64,000 nt of DNA from Schizochytrium sp. TIO01 (Eukaryota; Protista; Bigyra: Labyrinthulomycetes), in NCBI GenBank assembly GCA_004764695.1, contig SMSO01000025.1, positions 3,596,001 to 3,660,000 of the forward strand, read 5' to 3'. The translations under genes and the position numbers were made by a program. Shown here one piece after another: positions 50,901 through 63,233 of this stretch. Below the pieces are notes generated by a model that was not told where the DNA came from, did no database searches, and saw only the letters and a program-made list of their open reading frames with translations. Position 1 is the first letter of the stretch; each line of letters begins with the position of its first letter.

Positions 50901-52660
50901 AAGAGGAAGTGAAAAGCAGAGAGCAGAGAGCTGAGTGGCGAGGCGCTAAGATAGCATGGCTGCATGCAGACAAGCACGCGATGGCATCACACCATGGTTT
51001 GGCAATCACCATGAAGAAAAGGTAGTAGCCACCATTTCTTTTTAATTTTTAAAAATAAAAATAAAAATAAAAAATGAGGAAAAAAATCAACTTTTGCGGA
51101 AGGAGAAATGCCAATGTCAGAAAGACCATGCTTGTAACGCTCGAATCGATCACGAGTCCTGCCTAGCCACGTTTGAAGATCAAAGGTGGAATCGTGTTGA
51201 TCGAGGGCAGCGCCGCGTCTCTTGAACTTGGCCCTTCGCCTGGCAGGTAGAGAGCAGAGTGAAGAGATATGCATTGAATTGAATTTATTTAGCAAAACAT
51301 AGCAGTGAAGGGATTACTAAGTTTTGGCGAATTCTAATTGCGGAAAAAGGCCCGAAAGAACCAGATAGGGTAGGTGCAAGTGTCTGTGGGGTGCCAGCTG
51401 TGTCTGCTGCCACTGGGATGGAAGAGAGACAGAGGGGAGGAGAGGACAGTGTGGGTTTGTTTATGCGAACATGCTGAAAAAGCGCGTGCAAGCGCAGCCA
51501 AATGATAATTTGGTAGGAAGGAGAACACTACTGCTCTTTTTCAAGTACTAGCACCTCCTGCTGCGAGTGCTCTTAGAACGTGCAGAGAGCGTGTGGATTT
51601 ACCAATATTCAGAATTTTTTCTGTGTGCAATGTGTATGGCTTGGATAGCAGAATCTATCGCACCATGCCAACCTTCACGTGTGCTGGCCAACTTTAGAAT
51701 TGGTGCCACCAGTCAGCGAGCCAGCCAACCAGAGGAGGAGGAGGTGCCCCACTTGTATTCTATTCAAGGCATGAAGGCGCTGGCGGAGATGCTTGAGAGT
51801 GCGGGTGGGCTCTCATGTTTTGTATGACTACACAAAATAAGAATTGATCTGATTATAAACTGCGAAAAGAAAGGGAGAAATTAAATACTATGCTACGCAT
51901 AGAATAAGTTGAGGTGAAGAATAGAGCGAAAGATTCACGACCTCCACTTGAACTTATTGCAGTCAGTTGTGTATGGTTGAGCACACTGTGGGCACTGGGG
52001 GCAGTCTTTAGAAGCAGGACACTACAGAGGCACTTCCGACTGATCACACTATCTGGAAGAGAGAATATTCCTCATTTTAATTTATTAGTTTGTTTATTCA
52101 CCCGCTTTGAAAAAAAGACCAGGCCGGAATTCCAATCAATATTGGTGCCGTCATGCCAAGCAAAACCACGTCCATCCAGTCGGTTTTTAAGGTTGGGATC
52201 GGCCACGAGAGAGTGCCAACCATCGGTTTTCAAGTTGGAGCGCGCGTTAAGACGGCCTGAAGGCAGCGGGGTTATTCCTATTTTCCATCCCCACGTTCTC
52301 TTTACCTCGTGCTTTAATTTACATATTCTAACTATTATAAAACTAAAAGACCTTTATATTTATTTATTCAAAACATTATCTATTTTTTAAATAGCTGAGA
52401 ACTAATAGGTCAATACTACAATCATAACAAGGAAAGCAGTTAAATTAATTAAGGCGCCGCTGAAAGGCTCGAACGAAGCACACTGCCATTGTCATTATGC
52501 GCGCCAGTGGCACGGCCCTCATATTGCATGAAAAGGGAAAGAGAAAGTGCTCAAGCTGCTCGCCTTCCTCCCTCCTCGTGCCAGTGCTCCGACAGACTCC
52601 TCCTTTGCCGAGGCTCTTCGCGTCGCTCGAAGGGTACGTGGCGAAGGCAGGCAAAAAGGC

Positions 52661-52668
52661 ATTGATTC

Positions 52669-52699
<31 letters not shown>

Positions 52700-52704
52700 C
52701 GTTC

Positions 52705-52770
<66 letters not shown>

Positions 52771-52823
52771 GATTGATTGATTGATTCATTCATTCATTCA
52801 TTTATTCATTCATTCATTCATTC
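52661..52823. repeat. Long (ATTG)n grading into (ATTC)n microsatellite
   Basis: About 160 bp of tandem 4-mers. Confidence 0.92.
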
Positions 52824-55800
52824 TGCATTGTGCTGCGATGCATTCATTCGCTCCGCCGGCTTTCCTGTAATTTCTACAGACCGCGCTCTTGAGTCGAATT
52901 ATGGTAAAGAAGCAGAAAACACACAGGCCTCACTCGCGCTTGAGGCGGCTCGGGATACCATGCGCGGCCAAGAGAGTATTGAGCGCGCGCAAGGAAATGA
53001 GAGGCTGCTCAGTATCAAACATAGACCTCGCGGCGTTGGATGATAAAGCGTCGCTGAAAGCGCGTTCTCCGGACTGTGTAATGTCGAGGTTGGTTCGTTC
53101 CTTCTCCTGTGCTTTCGCGAGCTCAGCGTGAGAATGGCTCGAATTAGACTCATCGAAAACCCTCGTTACCTTGAGGAATAGCAGGTTCTGTGGCCGCGCG
53201 CGCGACCGACAGGTGATCTGAGACAACGAATGCGGGGAAAGTGCCAAATTCACGCGCGGTACATAGACTAAAACATTCAAGAACAAAGGGCGCTGATCGC
53301 ACTTTGGCCTTTGGCGAAGAAGTGGCGGGATTGAGATGATCAATAGCCTGCTCTAGGTAAGCTGGCCACGGCAGGCAATCTTACTGCCGCCGCGGTCTAT
53401 GGGCTGGTGCAAAACAGGGCTTGCTTGCTCTGCAGCGAACTTGGTCGACCCTCGCGATAAAATGGGACGGGATGCACTCAAACTTTATTATCATTTTTTT
53501 TTTTTGAAACACGAACACTGTAAAATAAACGCAGCACGTATTTGCACATGCAGGCGTTTGGTCCGAAGCCATGCGGCCTGCCCAGAACTAAGTCGTTCCA
53601 AGAGGGTACGAGTCCTTTCAGCAGATTGCCGATGAAGGGGGCCAGGCTAGGGTTTAGGGTCATTGGTGGAGTACTCCCCCCGCCGGAAGAACCAGGAACA
53701 GTAGAGCAGCATCTCATGAGACCCTGCACAACGCACATAAAAATTTGCTTGAATCACTCACTGTTTCAGAATTCCAAGAATCACACTCGAAGGTCTTTGG
53801 TCACGGCCTGTTCTGTTTCAAGAAAGCCTGTCAAAGATTTCCATCGATCCAACTACGCAAACGCCTACGTGCTTGTACAGGGCACGAGCCGGGTCGCTGC
53901 CCGTTCTTAAACTTGAACAGCCTGTTTTGTGGCCATCCTCGTGTTCGGTTTTTCCCTAGTACACTACTACTAAGTGTAGAGTCTCCCTCATTCTATTTAA
54001 AGAAAGTTTTAAAATGAACACACAAAATAAAATGTTAAAACTACTATTATTATAAATTGAAAAGGGACCAATTATAAAAATTTGGCGTTGGGTGCCAAAC
54101 CACATATGTAGTACTAGTCTAGCTAGAAAGAAATGCCCATTCTTAAATTTAAAAATAAAATAAAATAAAAATGTTTCAAGTTTGATTTTAGAAAAGCGAA
54201 GCGATGCCAACGAGAAAACCTTTTAAATAAGGAACAACGTCAGTTATAGCACATTATATACAGAGGCCACAGAGGGTTCGAGCTCTTTCGTCTGACGGTG
54301 GCACAGTCGTGCATCCGGCAGTAGCGAAGCTGCACCGAAGAACTTGCAAACTAATTTGCAAACATGGACGTTTGGAAAGCCACAACTTGAAGACCAGCAT
54401 TCTTTGCTGCACAATATGGTCCTACGTTCGAAATTAGCGGGTAGCGAGCAACGACAGAAGAAACTGCGATCGCACCACCATCAGCGATACATTAAAAATG
54501 CGCGGTCGCTCTATTGCGGCCATGGCTCAACCGCCTTCAGAATAGCCTTTAAAACTGAAAACGCAGATAAAGTTTGACATGCTATTACGTACATGTGATG
54601 GATTGAAAGAATCTGCTTTCGATCTTGCGATTATTCGCGTTCGTAGTATATTTTCAACTGCAGAGGCTCTCGTTTCACTCGCTTTAAAGGATCATCAAAC
54701 GTGCAAACAGGCGCCTGTGAAAAGCTATCTGCGTGTACGATGCAGCACGCGAAGAGAACGTTCCAAAGGATGACCCAATCGAGGTCAGGCGATAGGACGA
54801 TTACACATTCGTTGCGGACCCATTTCGCAGATTAATCGCTTCCTTTGAATTCTGAGGATCGCCGTCAAATTTGTGAATTCCAGCAAGTTCAACCTTAACT
54901 TAGGCTGCCACACTTGTCAAATGAATGAACTGGAGCTCGCTGGAATGGAAGCGGAAACGATGAAATCCGAGCTCTTGGTCCAGCTAGCTCATGAAGGCGA
55001 TGGCGGCGTGAAAATCAGTCCCCTCGATTCGAAACGCCGATGCAACATTTGAAGCGGGTTGGTCTTCTTGATCGGCTGAAGCAACGTGTCGCCAGAAACG
55101 GTGCTGGAGCAGAGGAAGTCCTCGACATGGGCATCTTTGCGGACGGACGCTTTCTAGAGACCATCTAATTTCCTTTCTGAGCATGCGAGAACTAACTATC
55201 TAATTAATTACCGCTTTTGTCCCCTTTCGTGATGCAGGCTCTTCTGAGGGGTAGGTAGCCGCTAGGACGTCTTACATGGGCGGAAGGTTTTTCCTTTCGT
55301 TTTTCCAAACTTTGTGACTCTTGCTTTCTTTTTCTTTTTCTTTTTTTTTTTTAAACCAGCGGAAACCTTCAAGTTGAACGTTCTCAATACTGGGCAGACC
55401 TTCTCTGTCCGTGGAGCCCTGACCTCGGGGAAGAACGATTTGTAGAGACACGGGTCACTGCGGAGAGCGTGATCTTCGGAGTGCAAGGTGGCGCGATGAA
55501 GAACTCGTTTCTTGAGGTTCCCGAAGCGAAACGCTTCGAAATTTTCGCAAGTCAATCGAAGTAGTTTCAAGTTTTGATTTATGACCCTCCGAGTCAAGCA
55601 AGTTTCTTTTAACAAAAATAAAAATAGATAGATAGATAGATAGAAAAAATACATTGAATTTCGTCCATCGTGAAAACAAACCGACTCTGCTCTTACGAAG
55701 AAAGACCGCATAACTGCACAAATGCAACGCATTATCTAGAGCACGCTCGCTTCAAGGTTCAAGGTCGCGAGGCTTCTCCACGTCTCGGCCCAGGGTCAAG

Positions 55801-58800
55801 GTTCTGCGCTCCAGCCTCAGTGGTCTCCCTCCAGCCAGCGCCGCTTGCTCTCCTCTTTCGAACGACGACGACGATTTGATTCGACTATCGTCAGAAACAA
55901 ACTAATCAAATCTTCTCAGGACTCACTAACTGCGTGACATTAGTTGGAGCGCCAGAAGACAGCGACGCCTCGCTTAGAGGCCCTTACGTAGTGCCTTCTG
56001 TGTTCGTAAAAGAACGTGAAATGCCAGTTAGCGCTAAACAGCCCCTCAGTCTGAGTTGTGAGTGGTGGGCATAATGACATTATCTTGGCTGTCTTTTTCG
56101 TTTTGTTTCGATGCTGCCGAGACGAAGGACCATTGTTGCGATCGCCGCCGTCGAGAATTGAAATCTTTAGAGGCTATCGCGCGAGCGGGAAGAAAGCAAT
56201 ACCGAAGAAAGAAAGTAAGTCCTAACTCTCGACGCGAACGTGATGTTGGAAAACACGACCCGGGGGTGAGCCAATGGGCGAATGAACGCAGAGCGCCACC
56301 GAGGCTTATCCAACCAGGTCCTGCGAGGCAGGCGCTTCTTTCGAACTGGGCCATATCATCGATTATTTCTACATTTGTATAACCATTTCGAAATATAGTT
56401 TTTTTTTTTTTGTTTTTTTTTTAAACTTTAAATTAAAAACCAGAGATTCTTCCTCTGTTAGTTTTTAGAATAAAATTAATGAAGTTCAAAGACGGAAAAA
56501 GACTTCCTACATTTTCGCGGTTTCGAAAGATCGCCGTCTAAATAAAGTGCTTTTGCAATGACAAGAATTGAACAGTTCGTTTTTCTTTCTTTCTTTCTTT
56601 CTTTCATCATAGCTCATCATAGCTCTGAGAAGCTCCTCAAGCGCACGATGGGCAGCTCAGACAGGCGTCCATTCACTTAGGTATGGATGGATGTATGTAT
56701 GTATGTATGCATGTATTCATGCAATTCCATACTTATGTGCTTACGAATGCCCAACGCGAAGACCTGATTGGATGTCGATGAAGACGACTCAGGTGCCCTT
56801 GACACACACACATACATCACTTCTTCTGTACTTGCGCTCTTTGACGGGTCTTGAGCTCGAGCTTGCAATCACAGGTCGCAGAATATGAAATTCCCACGCT
56901 GCCCCCCTCCACACTAGCGGCGGCTGCCAGGAGGGCGCGAGGAGAGGAAACAGGGGGGTGGCAGGAACGTCGTAGCCTCGCTGCAACGTCTAGCGCGACG
57001 AAGAGCGCAACGCACGCGCAAGATTGGCCCAAGCATTTCGGAGATTGAGGCTGCTCGAATCGTCTTCGCTGTTTGATATTTTGCGATAGTTTTAGTACTT
57101 GCACAAAAGGTAATTACGCTCTTAACTTGTCTAGCTAGGCAAGGATGGGGCGCCTGCCTGCCTGCCTGGAGGCATTCGAGGCGCTGCCAAATTGCTCGTT
57201 GGGAAGACTCCATGCTCGAAAAGGTTTCTGTGATTCTCTCCGAACCGAGTGGCATGGCGTGGAAAGCGCTCCCGCCGACCTTATGAACCAGCCGGCCGAA
57301 TCATCTTGAGGCGGCCAGGCAGTTCATCGAGACAATTTCAAGGAAGAGGCCGATTAGATGACATTTGAGATGACGAGGATACAGAGATGCATCTGATCCT
57401 ACGGGGAATCAGGGAAGAAAGGACAGAGGCGACGGCTGGTGGGTATCTAGTCAAATCATGAGGAGAAGATCCCTGGCTGATGCGAATGAATAACCAGGCC
57501 TTTTACAGGAAGAAGGTCACAGCACGCGGCATCTAATGCAGGAGAAAATGAAATACATACTAATCACGGCTAAGAGCCAAGTCTTGATTGAGACTCAACG
57601 GTATATGCGTTTGCCCACTAAGAGAAAGGATAGTTTTTTGGCTTGCACCTATGTTTGTCTCTTACGAAGTTAAACTTTACGGACTGTGTATTTTTTTCAA
57701 TGCCGACGGCCTCAAAGGAGACAAAGCATTGACTGAACAAGACAAATACTGAAGAACAGAAAATATTGAACAAAGCCAAATCTTGAAGGCTAATGGAAAA
57801 GGAAATCCCTAGCACCCATCCTTGCAAAGAAGAAAATGGCCCCTCTATCTATTACGAACAAAATTACACAATGTTGGGTTGAATTTGCTATAAGAGGAGA
57901 GACAGCACTTCGAGTCGAGTCACCAACAGAGTAACTTTTGAAACGTATATTTGCACTCAGAATTTAGTCAACGGCATCAAAGGGACACGAAAGTGACTCT
58001 TGAATCAATAAAAGCTGGGGAATTAGTTGTGGAAAGACACACATAAAGCAGGTTGGCCTTACGATTTTAATTATCTTTAATTATATAACAAACTTCCTTC
58101 GTTCTGACCTTTAGCTCCTTGTTCTATTTTAGCGGTGGCGCGCGTAATCTCGTGCAATGTGGCTCAGTCTAAATCAGCGGTCTAAAGAGATGTCTGGAAT
58201 AAGTAAATGGTGTGTTTCCAAATCAAATTAATTTGAGGTGTGCCAAACGGTAAGAGCCATCATCTGAAAACTTCAAATCATAACTTTCAAAATGTATTTG
58301 CCAAACACGCAGCGTGCAACACAAAACGTTCAGTAAATGATCTTCATTAAAATCGCGGTGCCACTCTGCACCTGTCCAAAAGAATTCTTCTTCTTCTTCA
58401 AACTTTTCAGAACATTCTTGATTTCAGTATTTATGTGCAGAAGGGTTCAAATGTTGCACCGTTGCAAATCTGTGTTCTTCAAGCAACGCATGAGGCCAAT
58501 TCTCAATCAGCTTCAGGACTAACCAAAAGAAGTGACGAACAATGCGGGCTTAGCAAGAAGGTGCTGCGGTCGCTAAATGCGGTGCTGCTGATGTTGTCAG
58601 TGCCATTATCGATACTTATGTTGGAAGTCTTGACTAGTCCTGGGGATCGTTGGCTTGAGTGCCTTACAATGAATCATTACGACACCCCCAAAGCACAGCT
58701 ACGAGGAGCAACTCTGCTAGCTCTGAACCATCCGCGTGTTCACTTCAGGCTTAGTATGGCTAATTCGATCTTGAAGACGCTAGATAACCAGTAATACGTA

Positions 58801-59519
58801 TGCGTTGGCTCTACTAGCTAACTGCTCCTCAATCATAATTTAGTCAAGCTTACAGATCGCTGGTACTCGGCGAGGCCTCAAGGATGAAGATGGGAGTATC
58901 GTTTGCCTTCGTACAACCCTGAATGTCTGACAAATGCCCAAGTCGGTGGGTGCGGCTGTTCACGGCCTGGAGTCCAACGAGTCTAGCTCCAAGAAGTTTG
59001 CATCTAGGTACCTGCAGGAGATGATTTCGAAAGCAATCTCCTTGTTCGCACACCTTGTTTCCGGAGACGATGTGTTTGTTTGTATGATGTATCTGTGATG
59101 CTCAAAATGCCTCCGTGGCCAATTGCCGGTTCTTTCGAGCGAAAGAACACAACCAAAAGAGCCTCTTGTCAAGCTGTAAGAACCTGCAGGTCCTTCATCC
59201 AGGCTAGCTCGGTACGTATGCGTGGACCAACAACTCCACTCGCCGACAGTCTCTGTGCCAGGGTGGTACGATCGCCTAGACGCCTGAGGTAGCAGATGTC
59301 GGCGGCTCAGCGGCTCAGCGGACCGAGTCGAGTTGAGTTGAGTTGAGTCGAGGCGCTAATAGGTTGGTTAGTGCCCAGTAGGCTGCGACGATAGTAGAGT
59401 TTCTGACCTGAAAACACAAGAAGCTTTAGTTCCCGTGCCGCGCGCGCCCTCTCCACAAGGACAATTATCGTGCCTCATCGCATCTTTTTGTTTCTGCGTG
59501 GCAGTGAGAATCCAAGACA

Positions 59520-59565
59520 ATTCCACTCCATTCCACTTCATTCCACTTCATTCCATTCCATTCCA
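59520..59565. repeat. (TTCCA)n pentamer repeat
   Basis: ttccactccattccacttcattccacttcattccattccattcca. Confidence 0.8.
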
Positions 59566-60242
59566 AATCGACAATCGCTCTTTGTAGAGAGGACCAGGAA
59601 GAACCGCGATTAGGCAAATCAATAGGGGTGGAGAGAGCCTCTTCTGTCGTCGCTGTTTTAGGTACCGTGAAATTGGAAGTTCAATGCTATGAAACCTGTT
59701 TTTATCACTTTCTTTTCTTTTTTAGTGATTAGAAATAGGATTTTTAGTGTAAACAGTATTTTACTTGAACTGCAGAGGAGATTTATTTTAAACTTAAAAA
59801 AGCTATTATTTTAATTTTTTATTTATTTTTTTAAAGAAATGATAACTTGAAAAGATACGGCTGGCGAAGGCTGGGTCTTACACTGCAGCAAACGGTATGC
59901 TGGCGGGAAAAATCGAGAATCTGGCCGTGGTTTAATAGGCACTCCCGGAATATACTTGGAGTACACCAACGTCAATAGAGTCAGAAGAAAACAGCCCCCC
60001 TTGATCTCTATTTGAAACATCAACTATTGGTAGTATGATAAACTTTGACTGCGATGAACTTCTGCAAAATCTTAGCAGCAGTAAAATCCTGCTAGTACAG
60101 TGCATAAATCACAACCACCAAATTGGGTTCAAATTCGAAGCATAGAACTAAGGTGACTTAAATCTCCGCTCAGTATATTCGCTTTGACGTGATCAAGAGT
60201 TATTTCTGCAATCTTTCTGAGGGGTAAATACTGATGCACGGG

Positions 60243-60280
60243 GTGTCTCTTTTTGCAAGATCATCTTGTAAAAAGGATGC
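60243..60280. repeat. Near-perfect inverted repeat
   Basis: CTTTTTGCAAGAT-C-ATCTTGTAAAAAG: 13-bp arms with one G:T pair, extendable with wobble pairs. Confidence 0.6.
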
Positions 60281-63067
60281 ATTAGCTGACTCTTTTTGTA
60301 AAAGGGATAAATTGCTGGAGATCAAAGAGTCGGGGGCATTTAAGTAGCCCCTTAAAACCTAAAATGAGAGGGCTCAATCTACCGTTGCAAATGTCAGCAA
60401 ATTTCTTTATTGCAAACATTTAATGTATGGCGCACATTTGCCAAAAGCTAAATTCTGCCATTGTATTCCTGGAACACATGACACGCCTTCACAATGGCGT
60501 GCGTCATACGACATTATCCAGTTCAATCATTAATGTCAAATAAGTATATGAATTTAGATCAATTGCGCACCCGTCTGCAGGAATGAAACCAAACGAATCC
60601 AATTTCTAAGTTTAGACCTACTTTTAAAATGGCCGCATTTCAGAGTGTATTTGGAACCCCTCAACATATAGAATCATCAAGGGGGAAATTTACACCGCAT
60701 CATCAGGAAAGTGTCTTCACTTGAAATGTATATTCAAGTCCTGAGTATAATGTGTGGCATCTCTTCACATGTCACCTTGACTTCGGTTACTTTGTGGAAC
60801 CGTATATCTGTGCACAAACACAATTCCTAGCCCCTAAACACATAGATGGCGGGAGGCCCTATGAATGATTTTTTGTATAAACCCAGACCATGTTTTTTAA
60901 TTGCATAAATTCGTCGCATGTTAATAATGCATTATGAAATTTACTCCTCATTTTCAAATTCACTTGAATGTGCTGGCTCCAAGAAAGCCAGAACTGTAAC
61001 AATTAAAGAAGAATCAAACAGAGACATTTATGACTCAGATCTTTGCAGCAAATTAACGTAAGTGGCGTGGCTGATAATAGAGACTCTCAAGTAGAACCTA
61101 CGAGGGTCCTACAGTAAGCCAGATCAGATGCTTGAAATTCTACCAAACCAAATGCAGGAAAGCAGGGGTTTCAATCGAAGAGTAGAATGATGTCTTAAGG
61201 AAGTCATTATAATGGACATTTCATGAATTTAATTTCGAAGAAAAAGAGTGTTGATTTGTAGATAATAATTTTGAACATACTTATTATGTTATACTTCCAG
61301 GTTCTGCTAGAATGATATTAAGAACCATGAAATGCTCCATTCAAACGCTTCAGCACTTTTGAATTAGCAGAACGTTCTCGTTTCGAAGACCTTTCCTATT
61401 CAAGATGGATATGATTATTTGTTTACCCCAAGTCCTGGAGAAACCTTTGCAACAAACCCTTGCCACTTGAATACAATAGATGCAGAGTCCCGTAGAAAAT
61501 TGAACTCTTTACTTGCAATGCGCTACAATGCGTTGCTGGCAAGCATTGCGTCGTACCTTGTGCGTCAGCACAGGCGTATCAGTCATGAACTACGGATGCA
61601 AAAGCTGCCTTGTAAAGTGAAATTTGCTGTTTCACGCTCAAAGATGCTTCCATAGATCCCGAATCGCATATTGGACATTTCAATAGAAGTCTTAGAGCCG
61701 CTACGATATTCAGCACAGTGAAAGCACTTTACCAAGGATTACAAGTCTGGGCGAAGAATGATAAAGCAAGAACCCTTAGCTAGCATGCAGTTCCACCTTT
61801 CTGAGGAATTTCAATATCTAAACCCGTCTCTGCACTATGAAATAGGAAGTCCACGATATCACCTTTTCCTAGCCTATTTAAGCGCAGTACTACAAAACCT
61901 TCGATGACGATCTTTCATGAGTACTGTGTGGGTCATCTGATGTTCTTACATTCTTTTAAAAAGATGCATTTGTAAACTTCCAGGATGAGATTGCGAAACA
62001 TTCAAGCTTAATTTGAATGTTTTCTTGATTGATTTCTCAACAACATCTCTTTTGAGTGCGATTGTTTGTTCAATTCAAGGCTTAAACCTCATCACGAACC
62101 TAAATTGGCCATGATGCCCATGATCAAACTATTACATACCAATCAGCATCTCCGGGCCTCTAGCACTTCCACTACTCAGAGGCAAGTCCTTCCAACACTT
62201 AATCTATATAAAACCTCAAAACCAAAAGAATCACTCATTCATTGCATGGGCTTCTCCATGAGATAAGTACGTAAGTAGGTACCCACTCATTTTTGGGAAC
62301 ATTACTATCTCAGTTCCTACCAAGTATGTACTACTCAAGTCCTGCAATTTTATTTCTTCAATTCGTATTCCACACCTTCATAGTATCCTAATATGGTAGG
62401 TATCCTTGGCCTGTGCTGTCAGTTCCAAGTCGCCCAGTAATCGCAGCCTGTTTGCATGCGATCATTGGTCCCGTCTAATTCTCGCATTTCCTCCTTTTCG
62501 TTTCACGTTTCCTTTCGTCAAGTTGATAAGCTAGTCCCTTATTTCAATTACACAGTTGGCGAAGAAGAGACATTTCTACTTGCCACCACTGGAATGAATG
62601 TATCCAAGGTGTGCCCAGGCTGCTTTTCATGTGCTCGGCTTCCTTCTCGAAATGAAAGGCCTTTTGATTGTAATTTTTTTCTTTCTTTTTTATTAGTATT
62701 GGTAGGAAGTTAGCTCTCCTCGTACCTTGAGTGTACTACTCGACAACCTAAACAAAATGATTTGAAACATCTGAAAACATCATACTATCCTTCTTTTATT
62801 TATTTGTTATATAAAAATAAAGAGTAGTAATAAATCACACCAGGACAACCATAATTCTTATAGGAGGGAGACGAGAAAACTTAGGGTAACAATCGAAAGA
62901 ACAACATGTTCTTAGAGCACGGACTTTTCTTCACTTGAAGAAAGCAGACAGAATGACCTAGACCAAAATCTGGTGCCACTTCTCCTAGGAAGTCCTTGAC
63001 TGCAACGAAACGGCACCAGCTTACCATATAAATCAACACAACACACAACAGAAACTACAATCAGCCA

Positions 63068-63198
63068 CGAGAGAGAGAGAGAGAGAGAGATCTTGGGCCA
63101 GACGAAGTCCAATTTTCTGCTCAACTCTACAACTGGGAGAGCCCAAGGCCATCGCTTTCACCCCATTCTTACATCATCTATTCATTCAATTTTTATTT

Positions 63199-63232
<34 letters not shown>
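63068..63232. repeat. (GA)n repeat and a poly(A) run
   Basis: GA repeat at about 63068-63090 and A run at about 63207-63232. Confidence 0.85.

Positions 63233-63233
<1 letters not shown>

Noticed and set aside
52551-52793. SINQ-repeat ORF
   Set aside because: Translation of the (ATTG)n microsatellite.
53648-53660. TAGGGTTTAGGGT as a telomere
   Set aside because: Fewer than two full units and internal. At most a telo-box-like site.
60125-60137. GGTTCAAATTC B-box/T-loop-like motif (also GGTTCGACCC at about 14150)
   Set aside because: No cloverleaf stems or A box, so not a tRNA.
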